From: Lingula anatina
Taxonomy: Eukaryota; Animalia; Brachiopoda
Reading direction: 5' to 3'
Length of the DNA: 64,000 nucleotides
Assembly: GCA_051362555.1 (NCBI GenBank)
Contig: CM120641.1
Location: forward strand, 13,020,001-13,084,000
Position numbers and translations under genes: made by a program. Below, in pieces: positions 1 to 12,186 of the stretch; positions within the stretch are counted from its first letter, which is position 1; each line of letters opens with the position of its first letter. The notes beneath the pieces are model-generated. The model ran no database searches and was not told the DNA's origin. It saw only the letters and a list, made by a program, of their open reading frames with translations.

Positions 1-41
1 CACAATAACAAACTTGGACTGCAATGGTGTACTCTACAAAA

Positions 42-84
<43 letters not shown>

Positions 85-2157
85 ATATATATATATATAT
101 ATATAAAATAAATAAATAATGCAATGATTATTAATTTATAGAGGAGCAAAAACTAGAAAAAAAAAACCTGATCAGAGGCTACTATACCATCGCAAAGTAA
201 CCCCATTATTTAATTATTTAACCACAATAATCGGCATGTCACTTTTGAATTTCAAAATAAAAATTAACAATTCATTAAGGGTACAAACCTTTTCTTTGCC
301 AAGTATTGTAACAGGATATTGAATGCCATCCCCATCTTCCTTTGTAGCTGTAAATTCTTTCACTTCAAAATTTGTGTATATTTGACCTCCCAAATTTTCA
401 AATGTTTTTCCATAAGATCTGGTCACAAGTCCCCAGTCAACAATTCCAGTGTGAGGGGAATGTAAGGCCCGCAGACCCTGTAAAAGATTGATTTCCAGAA
501 ATATTACTACTATATGAAATTAATGTAAATGCTAGTGATGCATGTGTAGCAACTTTTTACCCCTTTTATACTAATTTTACTCAGCGGAGATTGTTATACA
601 TTTCTATGCTGCTTCTGATTGCCTATCTTTTAAGTACAACTGAAGCATTATACTTATTCCCACATTTAATCACTCATGTGGAATCGGTGTTAGTTTTTAA
701 ATGCAATTATTACGCTTCACAAGATGCATCTATAGTTAGCACATGCTCTTGTAGTTTTGAACTAAGAAAATAGCTGGATAACGCTGCTGAAAGATCAAGT
801 CTTATGCTCCATAAGATGAAACTAATAATCTAGTAATCCAGGCCCATAGCCAGGGGGGTTCGGGGGGGGGGGGGGGGGGGGGGGGGGGGCAAAGAACCCC
901 CCCCCCCTTTTTGCTGGAAAAAGGTCCACTCTGGGTAAAATTTGACCTAGGTACATGGGGCTTATGTGGTAAAAGGTCAACTTTTTCAGAAAAAGAACCC
1001 CCCTTTGAAATTGCTGGCTACGGGCCTGTAATCAGTCCTTTTCAGATCCCCTTCTTTCAAACTTTATATTCAGAGACTAATGACCTTGCATGCAGAATAG
1101 CAAAACCATTTTCCCTACCCGACAATTTGGCTCTATCTCTCTAATTTCTTCAGGGCCCACAATTTTAAGATCCTTGACATTGTTCTTTTGGCCTCTGTCA
1201 TATAGGTTGTCCAGCCGTGATACTTCTTCAGGAGTAGTGGCAACAATAAGCTAAATAACCATAAAAATGGTAACAATATAATTTTGTGCTACCTTTAAAA
1301 AATTGTTCACTTTTTAACTCATTCTTGCATCTTTGCTTAAAAAGTAATATCTTGCAATAATGTTGCTGTGAAAATAAAATGAGAGTACAGATGCAGCTTA
1401 ATCCACCTCATATAAAAGATTTTAAATAGTAAAATTTGTCATGCTAAGGAAACAAGACATTATAAGACATTAAAAACCAGAAAGAAAATAAAAATCCCAC
1501 AAATTATAATTACTTTTCCACACTTCTTGTATGGTATATTGTTTTCATCACAGTATTTGTAAGTAAGGTTTAGACCATCCACACACAATTTTGCCTTCAA
1601 TGAACCAGGGGTGTAGTAGATGCCAGCATGAATCACACCACTGTTCTTACCACTTTGGTGTGCAGCTAATAAAAAAAAAAGAAATATGTTAACATATAAA
1701 CACTAAATATTTCCACATTCAAACATATTTAAGTGACGGTGACCTTAATTAAATACTCTGGGTCAGTGTACATCTTTGGGCAGACATACACATTGCTCTA
1801 CATCAAAGGAATGGAAAAAGGAGCCCTGTTCTTAAATTTTAACCTCACTCTCCAAAGAATATTGTATGGAATTTGACACAACAAAACAACCATCCTTTAC
1901 CTAAAATATTTTCTTTTTCCACCACTGCTAGCTTTAACTGGGGATGGTTCAGAGCTAACTGTCTGGCTGTTCCCAAACCAACAACACCTCCACCAACAAT
2001 TACAATATCATAACTAGGAATGGTACTGAAAATTAAAGAATGCAATGAAAAGAAGTCAAAATGTATCATTACTATAGCACAGCCTCTCTATGTATAAGAA
2101 ATACAGCCCAGTTATGTATAGACACACTTATAGTGTTTGATGGTTAAAAATTTTTAA

Positions 2158-2247
<90 letters not shown>

Positions 2248-2946
2248 TTTTAAGGAAACACAGGCCAAACAACACTTTTATTCACTGTATAATTTACTTT
2301 ATTATAATTATTATCAAAGGAATCAAAACATATCAAATTTATAAGATAATTGCAGTATCATAAAATTTTATGTACACCCCCCTCTTTTTAAACATTCTGT
2401 TTTGTGTGTCCATTATAAATATACTGGATAAAGGAAAAGTAGGAGAAACTTTTACAGCAAGATGACCTGACACTCATCTTCAGCACAGATACTATTCATC
2501 AATTTATTGATTTAAGTTTGAAAATCCACTGGATTGTCCCGTTTTTTATTCTGGTCACCTTAAATGAACTTCGTCTTACGAAAAAAAAATTCCGATTAAA
2601 TTATAATACCACATATGTTTCATCAACTTATGACGAAATACATATAAAACTGACACGTTTACAACTTATACAAGCGCTTTAATAATTTATAATGTATAAT
2701 CTTTGTATTATTTAAGTGCATGGACTATACTGTAGTGTATACAGCAATCAGCTGATAACATGATGCAGGTGCACTGCGCTTTTGCTTATAAATCATTTGA
2801 AAGAAACGTTACCTTGTCGACGAATATGTTCTATTGTGTATGTGTGTTCTTGTAAAAGCACAAGAACATCTTGTCATCGCTTCCTTTCCAAAAGCTTCAG
2901 CAAAACGTTTGACACCTCCCACCTGTATTGTTACTGGCACTGCCAT
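1..2946 (-). CDS. L2HGDH: L-2-hydroxyglutarate dehydrogenase, mitochondrial; 5' part, gene continues left of the window
   Basis: Phase-consistent GT-AG exon chain: 2946-2813 ([11 protein letters not shown]..., presequence-like), 2025-1901 ([19 protein letters not shown]-binding GxGxxG), 1665-1514 ([26 protein letters not shown]), 1250-1119 (LIVAT...EIEPNCR), 477-289 ([15 protein letters not shown]), 33-1 ([11 protein letters not shown]). Motifs are characteristic of L2HGDH/LhgO. Confidence 0.93.
41..104. repeat. (TAAA)n followed by (TA)n microsatellite
   Basis: Directly visible tandem repeat in an L2HGDH intron. Confidence 0.9.
839..1028. mobile_element. Non-autonomous DNA transposon (MITE family C) with poly-G/poly-C core
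   Basis: TIRs CAGGCCCATAGCCAG...CTGGCTACGGGCCTG; 5-bp flanking duplication TAATC (834-838, 1029-1033); diverged second copy at 40173-40344. Confidence 0.85.
2163..2243. repeat. (TA)n microsatellite
   Basis: About 40 TA units. Confidence 0.95.
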
Positions 2947-3430
2947 CTTCACATTTCAAGCAATAGGTGGTGTCTTCATCAAGACAATCCACAGGTACTT
3001 TCGTTTACCAAGCTGGTTCATATACATGTGTTAACGTTAGTTTACAAGGGGTACATTTACATAAATGGCTTTCCAGATATATAACACTTATGACATCATA
3101 TTATGACTTCTGTCAGCGGAAATCAGATCGTTTTTCAAAAGTTAGTGCTTGACTGCCACCTATCGCCAATGAAGAAAACATCACTGCCCGCGAGTTGCAG
3201 GTGTGTGGAGGTGCCAGTGTTCTGTCGGGTTTTTATTGTTATTTTTATAAGTAATATTTTTCTTGATAGTTTAGCACCCAAGAAAATTTCTGGAATTCTT
3301 TAGAGTGTAATCTTGGCTCAAACCTGTGCTACTCTTTGCACATGTAATTTAAATACAACTTCCCAGTGCCATTTCATATTATATGTTATTGTTATTCTTG
3401 ATTATTTGTAATTTGTAGAACTCCTTCAGC
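2947..3430. promoter_or_regulatory. Bidirectional promoter / 5'UTR region of L2HGDH and SRBD1
   Basis: Divergent start codons at 2946 (-) and 3431 (+), with a possible earlier ATG at 3169; locally more CpGs than the flanks. Confidence 0.65.
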
Positions 3431-6400
3431 ATGGTTTTTACAGTCAACTGGGATTCGGTTGACCTGATAGTGGAACAACTGCATCTGGAAAAATGGGCAG
3501 TCAAGAATGTAATTACCATGTTAGACGAAGACAATACTATACCATTCATTGCAAGGTATAGAAAAGAACAGACAAACAACATGTCTGTTGATAAATTGAG
3601 AGAGATTTTGGCTCTTCATCAAGACTTGAAGTAAGTATCTGTCAAAGTTACCCATACCAGTAACCTGTTATGTTTTTTTTTTTTCTGGAACGTATGTATT
3701 TGCCTCAGTTTTCAAACTTCGATGCTTTGCAGGTAAGACCTCATTTCACCCTATGTTAGACATCAGATGTGACGTCACCTTCAAGTAGCATGCATATGTA
3801 GTATTAGTTGCTATATACCTATAATAAAAAGACTAAAATTTTATCAAGCATGTGCATGAACTGATACAAAAGGAATCCAAATGTGAACTATATACTAAAA
3901 AGTGCGATTGAGCCTTGGAGGATACACAATTTTGACAGTTGGTTGATATTTATAGCCTCAAGAGTTTGTAACACTGTGTGTTATGAGGCCTTACCTGCAT
4001 CTAAGGCCGGAAACTGAGGCACTGTAAGTATACATGTATGTATACTTGCCAAAAAATTTGAACCAGATTTACAACCCTAACCCATCCCTAAACACACCTG
4101 CCTGAGGAGAGTTGCATGTAACATGGGACAAAAAAAAAAAAAAAAAAAAAAAAAGAAAAAAAATCAATTAAGGATCCAATTGTGTTGGTTTCTTAGCTAA
4201 TTTTATTCCATCATTACAGGACTTTGATATCGAAAATAAACAATGTGTGCAAAAGCATAGAAAAGCTTGGGAAAATGAACCCACAACTGCAAGCTGCTTT
4301 CCAAAATGCACAGAGCGCTGAAGAAGTGGATCACTTGGTCAGTATCATGCTACCATACCATTATATATTTGAAATGTATATATGAACCATTCTCTAATAT
4401 CAAGTTAGAGTAATATAAACATGACACCTATGAAAAATCTTAATTTGAAGTGGATTTTGTGAAATCCTTCAAAAATGCTGCTGATGTTTCTTAACCTCTA
4501 TTATTTTTGTACTCTACCTTCTATTTATTTTTCAGTATGCCCCTTACAAGCCTGGCAGCAAAAGATCACTAGCAGAAAGAGCTAGAGAGTTGGGATTGGA
4601 GCCTCTGGCTATGAAGGTTTTGCAGTCTCCAAACACTGTGGATCTGAATATGTTTGTCAAAGCTGGACAGGAAGGTATCTTGTTGTAACTACATGTGCTG
4701 TCTGTTCGATGTATGCGTGTGCACTTGTGAAAAATTTATCAGTCAAATTTTATCACAGCATTTTTGTCATTAAACATACATGGTGTGTGTGCGTGTGTGT
4801 GTGTGTGTGTGGGGGGGGGGGGGGGGAGTCTCCTTATCAGATTTCTTGTAGTGTCTAAGACTAGACAGTGCATACTTCTAGCAAGAAAATTATTATATGA
4901 AGCAGTTCCAGATAAATTTTGCATACTTAAAACATTTCTGTTGTAAACCAGTTACTTCTGTATTTTTATCTTGAGCACTTGGACTGTTACATAAAAGCTG
5001 CAGAGGCATTTTCTCTTCATGGTCCTGTCCGTTAAGATATTCAAAGATTCCATGTTTTTTTTTAATTCCAGGTTTATCATCAGTTTCAGAAGTGGAGGAG
5101 GGCACAAAGCATATCATTGCAGATGTCATTGCTAAGAATAAGGAAACCATGGATAAAATGAGAGACCTGTAAGTGCACTGAATAACAAATGGTGCAGGGA
5201 AGTTCTCTTTGCATGAGCACTTGTTAAAATACACTGAAATTTTGAATCTACAAATTTAGTAATACCATAAACTTTTTTTTTTAATTTCAGGTGCCAACAT
5301 GCATATATTACGCTGGAAAGCACAATGTCTAAAAGTCTAACAAAGAAAACAAAATCCAAGGAGACTACCTCAACTGCTGCTGGATCAGAAAAGAATATTG
5401 TCGAGAAGAAAAATGAAAAGACGTCTAAGCAAGACAAAAAAGCAGATGCACAAAAATATGAACAATACTTTGATTTCAAAGTGCCAGTCAAATATGCCAA
5501 GCCACATCAGGTAACATGTATTGTAATACTCCTCTTTTTACAAAATTGAAGTTTTATTCAATAAAATTCTGGGACAATGATGATTTCAATTAACTCTACT
5601 TGGCTTTTATTAATTCAAAGGTTTTAGCAATGAATCGAGGCGAGCACCAAAAGATATTGAGTGTGAAAGTCAACATCCCAGAACAAGTAAAGCAAAGTTT
5701 CTGCCAATACTGCCAGAGGAGATGGATTCCTCCTCAAGCCAGTGCACACCTCCGGAAACTCATCTCTGATGCTATAGAGGATGCATACACAAGACTTATT
5801 TCTCCACTCATGTGTAGACACTACAGGTCTGTCTCTGAAATTACCTAAAATTATCCAAAGCCTTTCATGGTACAATAGAGAATAATTTTGGACCGTTTAA
5901 AGACTACAGGTCTCTTTTTATTCTCAGTTGAAATAAGATGAGAGAAATTTTCACTGGTTTTGAAGTTGCCAGATGTTTTGATTGACCTTTTTAGTAACAT
6001 ATTTGGGTTTCTTTGTTTAAAAAGATCTCTAGGAACAAACAGTTTTTAACTGTCATTTATAATCACTGCTGTTTTATATTCTTCCTTGTCTTCAATCCAG
6101 ATCTGAGTTGACCAAGATGGCAGAAAAGGCTTCTGTTGAAGTATTTGCCTCAAACCTGAAGAGACTTTTGCTCATGCCACCTGTGAGAAACAGGGTGGTA
6201 CTTGGTGTGGACCCAGGATTTAAGAATGGCTGTAAATTGGCTGTTATATCCCAGACAGGTAGCTGTACTTCAGTTCTTTGATGTAGCTTGATATGTGATT
6301 CTTAAATGTAATAGGAAAGATTTTATAAAACTGTATGATTTTGGCAATGTTAAACATTTTCCTTTTACAATTTTTTTAAATATCCTGTTTTAGAATAGAC

Positions 6401-9400
6401 TATGTTACTGATTTTTTCCTCAGTAATAATTTTTCCACTCCTTATGATATCTTCGTCCCATATAACTTGAGAAAGGAAAAGATAAGTTGCAATTGAGTAG
6501 AAAGGTAGTTGTTAGTGTAATGATGATTTTTAGGGAAAAAGATAATATGGAAGATAAATTATATTGAATTGTTCAGTTGATACATATTGTTTTTTGTACA
6601 TATTAACATAATTTATCATTTGATGTGGAATTTCAGATTTTACTCTTAATATACTTCAACAAAATTGTAAAATTGTTACTTCTACATTTCCAGGTCAGAT
6701 TCTTGAAACTGGTGTTAGCTATCTACATGTAGGACGAGCTGCTGAAAAAGAGAGAGAGAAAATAAAGGAGATATGCTTAAAGTACAGGTATATACAGATT
6801 ATTTTCTTGTTGTACATATTTTGTCAATTTGAATATGAAAAATCTAAAGTGGTAAAGGAATTTCAAAATTGTGGCCTTTAGATTTAATAATGTGCTTTAT
6901 TATACCCCATTTGAGTGAGAGATTTTAAAAATTGCCTTTATCCCCACTCTGTGATACTTAACTTTGAACAAAATCATGTAACACTTAACTGTTAGTATTT
7001 CAACATGACACTCATTTTTGTCCTTTTCCCCCAACAGATGTGAAACTGTAGCCATAGGTAATGGAACCGCTTGTAGGGAGACTGAAGCTGCATTTTCAGA
7101 CATGATTCAAAAGAGATACTTTGCTCCTCTCAGTGTTATGTACTGGTAAGCTATGTGGATGTTGTACATTAAGTTTACACTTCGTACCCAGTACCTGCTG
7201 ATGTGAATAGAATGAATAGATGCCGTGTTGGACTGAGGTTGCAACTGATTTCCTTTAGTAAATTTTACATCACGTTCTGTGAATAAGGCCATTTCAGATG
7301 TGCAAAATTATTCTTGAGGCTGTTCTTATGAAGGTAAAGGAAACATGTTAGAAATTAAGGATAACTGTAACATATTTTGAAATGATAATATGAGTTTTGA
7401 TTCCAGTATAGTGAATGAGGATGGAGCTTCTATATACAGTGTATCCAAAGAAGCTGAACAAGAAATGCCAAAATTAGATCCAAATGAAAGAAGTGCAGGT
7501 ATGTTTAGATAGTAAATGGTTTTACCCAGTTGTGTTAAAATAAGTAAATGTGCATTTACTATTGAAACAACTATTCACAAACTGAGCTGTAACTAAAATA
7601 ATAAGGCAAAGCAGTTATCTACACTCCATTTGAGTATAGTTCTAAGTATAGATTTTACAGGGTCATATCCCAGTTATGAAGTGATTGAGACTTTGGTTCT
7701 ATATATAAATAGTTTTACTTGTATGGTTTCATATTTGCAGAAAGGTTGTAGGGAGTTTTAAGTCTATTGATGAAAAATATTTTAACAGTGTCTATAGCGA
7801 GGAGATTACAAGACCCTTTGGTGGAGCTAGTAAAAATTGAGCCGAAGCACATTGGAGTTGGAATGTACCAGGTTTGATAAAATCTTGACTGAGAAATGAT
7901 GTAAAAGGATAACGTATAGCCTATAATGAATCAAGGATATCCTTTGCATTTTTAAATGATGGCTATATTATCACTTGCATCTTAATGCCACAAATAGATA
8001 ACTTATTTGGAAAGTTATTGATTTACATTTGTAGAATCATTAAGTAAACAAGCTCTAGTCCTTTGATTATCAAATGTTATTAATTTTTGTATTATTTGTC
8101 GATTTTACAGCATGATGTAGCTGATTCTCAGTTGAAGTCTAGTTTGGATGGGGTCCTAGAAGAATGTGTCAGTTTTGTGGGCATTGATCTCAATATTTGC
8201 ACAGAGTCTCTACTAAAGTGAGAATTGTAGAGAAGGAAATATTTAATTATCATATCGTAATTTTAAGAAATTAAGTTTTCAGTATGACTATTTTTATTCA
8301 TTTATTTATGTTTAAACAACATATTGTATTTCATTGTTTCATTACTTTTGCCCCCATAATATAGTTCCCTTTAATTTTGTTTAATTGATCAGTAACTAAA
8401 CTTTTGATTTGTTCCTGTTCCACCCATCAAACTTTACGTATTTTGCAGGTATCTAAAATTTTAATATGTAACTATTTCAATTTCAGACGTGTGTCTGGCA
8501 TGAGTGCCCTCAAAGCTAAAAAAGTAATAGAATACAGAGAAAAGAATGGGCCATATGTTAACAGACAGCAGCTACTTGGTGTTAAGGGACTAGGGCCAAA
8601 GTCATTTGAGCAGTGTGCTGGTTTTGTGAGGATTACACCAAATGTGATTGGTGTCACAAATACAAACCATGTGTGAGTGCCTTTTCAAGCTTTTTATTGC
8701 TTTTTGGTCCTCGGAAATATTACCACATTGACCATTTCACCCTGACTGCTGCCTCTTTGAAAAAACTGAATCTGCTTAACAAAAGAAGGAAGCCTGCATT
8801 TTACAGTAGAAAAAAAAAAGGAAAACAGAAATAGTCTGGCATTCGATCATTTAAGGTGATGTGAAAAGAGAGATTACAAGTTTAAATGTGCTAAACCATA
8901 TTTTATTCTTTTTTTTTTCTGAATCTCTAAAAAAATGTAGAGAATGGATTAAATTGCTATATTGTTTCAAGGGGAAATCGGATTATGCCAGTTTATGTGT
9001 TGTATTATAATAATGAACCAGTGGGTTTTGAGAATAAGTCTGTTATTTATATCAAATTGTCATTACAAACAAACTGAAATAAAATAACATTGTAAGTTAT
9101 CAGCTTGAAAGTGTTTCTGCGAAATGAACCAATCCAGTTTCAATGTTATCACTGCCAAAACATCAGATATATTCCCTACCTATTTGAATTTTCAGACAAG
9201 AGCCTAAGGATGAAGTTGTTAGTAACATTGCCAAAGGAACAAAAAGAAAAGCAGTTTCAAAGACAAGCACCAGTAAGAGACAGAAGATGGATGAGAATCT
9301 TTCACCTAATTGGCTTGATATGACATGGATCCATCCAGAGTCTTATGATGTAACAAATAGGTAAAGTACATGTCACATGGAGACAATCATTGAAAGATTT

Positions 9401-10814
9401 TAGTGACCAATTGCTGGTGTGTTCAGCGATGTATATGAACTTTAGGTGTCATTGGAATGAGGAAATTGAATAAGCACTGTGTAGTTAATAATTATATGAT
9501 TCAAATCGATCTTTCTAAACAATGTTTTTTCATTTCAAATGCACATTGACTTTTTGTATAAAAATGGAGATAAATACTTCATGCAAATATGGCTTTTTTT
9601 TGTTTATCTCATTTGTGATGCAGGCTTTTGAAGAAAATTGGTATAACAGCCAATGAAATTGGTCACCCTTCCATGCAAAGAGCAGTGGACAATTTTATAT
9701 CTACCTCCAGCAAGTACAGATTTTTTTTTACATTTTTTTGCAGTCAAAGATGTTTTATAGTGATCATTATAAAACTAAAAAAAAAGTAATAGTAAATAGA
9801 TTTTATTCAAGTAGATATAAGATAAATGTATTGATAATATTCTTAGATGTTAAATGAGATTAGTATTTTTATGCCTCGTTTCTTCTTTATAGGTCTGGAC
9901 AGTGTTGCAAAAGATTTAAATATAGGAGCTCCTACCCTTGATTTAATATTAAATGGATTAAAACAGCCCCTGGGACAGGATATCAGAGATGGTTTGTAAC
10001 TCTCATTGCTCTGCTTATGTCAGTAAAGGCTTTTCCAGACTCATATGCATTTATTATTTTAGATTCCTCATAAGTCCAGTAGAGTTTGTAAAAGATCCAA
10101 CTTTTTAGATCCAATTTGTGGGATTGTTTCAGGAAAAATATGCATCCCCAGTGATCCCCTTATTCCTTCACTGTTATGAAGACCCTTTATTGTAAAATAT
10201 TAAGAATAATTAAAATTTTTTCCTGTAGTTATATATGTGTCACACCATTCAAACATACCTTGTAAAATCTGCCAGTTGTACTTTGGTGTATCTGTTGGAT
10301 TTTCCTATAGTATATACAAGAGAAAAAAATACTAACGATAAGTTCTTCACTGTTATGAAGACCTTTTATTGTAAAATATTAAGAATAATTAGAATTTTTT
10401 CCTGTAGTTATATATGTGTCACACCATTCAAACATACCTTGTAAAATCTGCCAGTTGTACTTTGGTGTATCTGTTGGATTTTCCTATAGTATATACAAGA
10501 GAAAAAAATACTAACGATAAGTTCTTCGTTATTTTTCAGATTATGAAAAGCCTCTTTTTAAGAAGGGTTTGACATCAATCAATGATTTGAAAAGTGGGAC
10601 TTTTCTCACAGGCTGCGTTCAGAACACTACTCATTTTGGTGCTTTTGTAGACATAGGAGTTGGAAAAAGTGGTCTAATACATGTCAGCAAGATGAGGCCA
10701 CAGAACATGAAAGGAAAACAGACATTAGAGTTAGGAGACAAAGTTGAAGTTAAAGTAGTCAGTGTTGATGTGAACAGAGGAAGGATTGGACTAGAACTGA
10801 TAAAGTTGTATTGA
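3431..10814 (+). CDS. SRBD1: S1 RNA-binding domain-containing protein 1 (Tex-like), ~810 aa
   Basis: Exons 3431-3630, 4220-4337, 4536-4674, 5072-5168, 5291-5510, 5621-5826, 6101-6258, 6694-6787, 7038-7145, 7407-7498, 7789-7871, 8111-8217, 8487-8672, 9196-9360, 9624-9709, 9893-9991, 10540-10814 (2433 nt, in frame). Motifs [71 protein letters not shown], Hh[21 protein letters not shown]1 domain FGAFVDIGV. Confidence 0.95.
3701..4024. mobile_element. Degenerate MITE in an SRBD1 intron
   Basis: Imperfect inverted ends TGCCTCAGTTT...GCAGGTAAGACCTCAT versus ATGAGGCCTTACCTGCA...AAACTGAGGCA; right end CACTG followed by TA (Tc1/mariner-like). Confidence 0.6.
10167..10524 (+). repeat. Near-perfect 179-bp tandem duplication in the last SRBD1 intron
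   Basis: Two adjacent copies beginning TTCACTGTTATGAAGACC at about 10167 and 10346, with only a few mismatches. Confidence 0.92.
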
Positions 10815-11122
10815 CCATATTCTGCTATATTTACATGTGCATGTTTCAATGGCAGGTGTTAATTGTATTTGAAACGTGCATAATCTTGATTTAGATAACC
10901 TTTCCAGCGTAATTTTGTTGGACATTTCACTTATTTCAGTGGACCACTACCCTTTATCTATCAAATAATATACCATTCATTTGCTCATATTGTATTTGAT
11001 AAAATTACCTGTGCATTTTACTTTGTACCAAACAGTGAACTCAATGTTTATGTCAGTTCTTCATTAATATTTCTAAAATAAGACTTGAAAAAAGTTTTTT
11101 TGTTAATCATTATTTTGTATTT

Positions 11123-11128
11123 AATAAA
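11123..11128 (+). terminator. Candidate polyadenylation signal of SRBD1
   Basis: AATAAA about 310 nt after the stop codon. Confidence 0.5.
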
Positions 11129-11252
11129 GAAATGTATTGCACTGCCTGTATTTGGACTAGAGTGTTTGGGCTAGAACCATGGGACCTATTGAATACAAAG
11201 TTAGATTAATTACTGTTATTGCATACTTTCAAGCATATATACATAGTACTTA

Positions 11253-11447
11253 CACTAGGCCGAAAAAGTTTGGAAACATGAATTTTTTTTTCAATAATTT
11301 AAAAACTGTGTAATGTAGTGGGAAAATCTTCAGCGTGTATTAAAAAAGTAACAAATGGTGGCTACATTATCCATCAATATTTGGTTAACTCCTATGGTTA
11401 TTTTATAATTTATTCAAAACTGTTTCCCAATTTTTTTTATATGTGTG
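11253..11447. mobile_element. Degenerate Tc1/mariner-type MITE
   Basis: TA|CACTAGGCCGAAAAAGTTTGGAAACA left end; imperfect reverse match TGTTTCCCAATTTTTT...GTG|TA. Confidence 0.45.
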
Positions 11448-12186
11448 TATAAATATAAACAAATTATGTGGCCTAAAGAAAACTCAACTCTGATGGGAGC
11501 TTAATATAAATGAACCGGTTTATCATTCAGTTATGCTGACTGCACCTGGTGAGATTCCCTGCAGAGTTGGGTGGATCCATGTAGACCAATGGTGTGTATG
11601 GGAATGGGGTCCAAGAGATTAATGAGTGGTGCAATGTACTATCTCACGGGGAAAATGTCAAAACTTTTTGACATATCCCATCACAAAACTAACAGCAGGT
11701 ATAAAAACAGCTGCTTGCTTTTCTACTTCCTAGTAATGTCAAGTTTTTTCAAGAACAGTTTTTCAATTTATTTTTAACAGTGAATACTGTAACAAATATT
11801 TAAAACACTGCTAGATGCCCTTTAAAATGCATGCATCTAAATGGAGCAAATTCACAAATAATGGTTTTGCCAATAAACTTGAATAAACAATTTCTTCTTC
11901 AAATGGCCATTTTTTTCTCTGTTAATCTGCTGTTGCTCTAAAATTGACTTTGCAGTTCTACATGTATCCCCGTAAATGTGCTTAAATTGACACATACAAA
12001 GAAAGTGACACCTCCCAATCCTTGTCTTCAGATGTTTATCAATGACACTCCAGCAACACTGATGTCCTGCATTGCATGTAAAACGGGCCACCATGAAAGT
12101 AATTTTTGTACTACAGCCATTTCTTGGAGAATATTCCACTGTGTAAAAATATTCAGGGGTGTTTCCTGGCTTATGGATTTCAAACT

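Noticed and set aside
591-1144. ORFs 591-773 and 911-1144 (+)
   Set aside because: Intronic or MITE-derived and antisense to L2HGDH; non-ATG starts and no recognisable motifs.
2782-3303. Cluster of overlapping + strand ORFs in the promoter region
   Set aside because: Mostly antisense to L2HGDH exon 1 or UTR, without protein features; only 3169-3200 is kept as a possible short exon.
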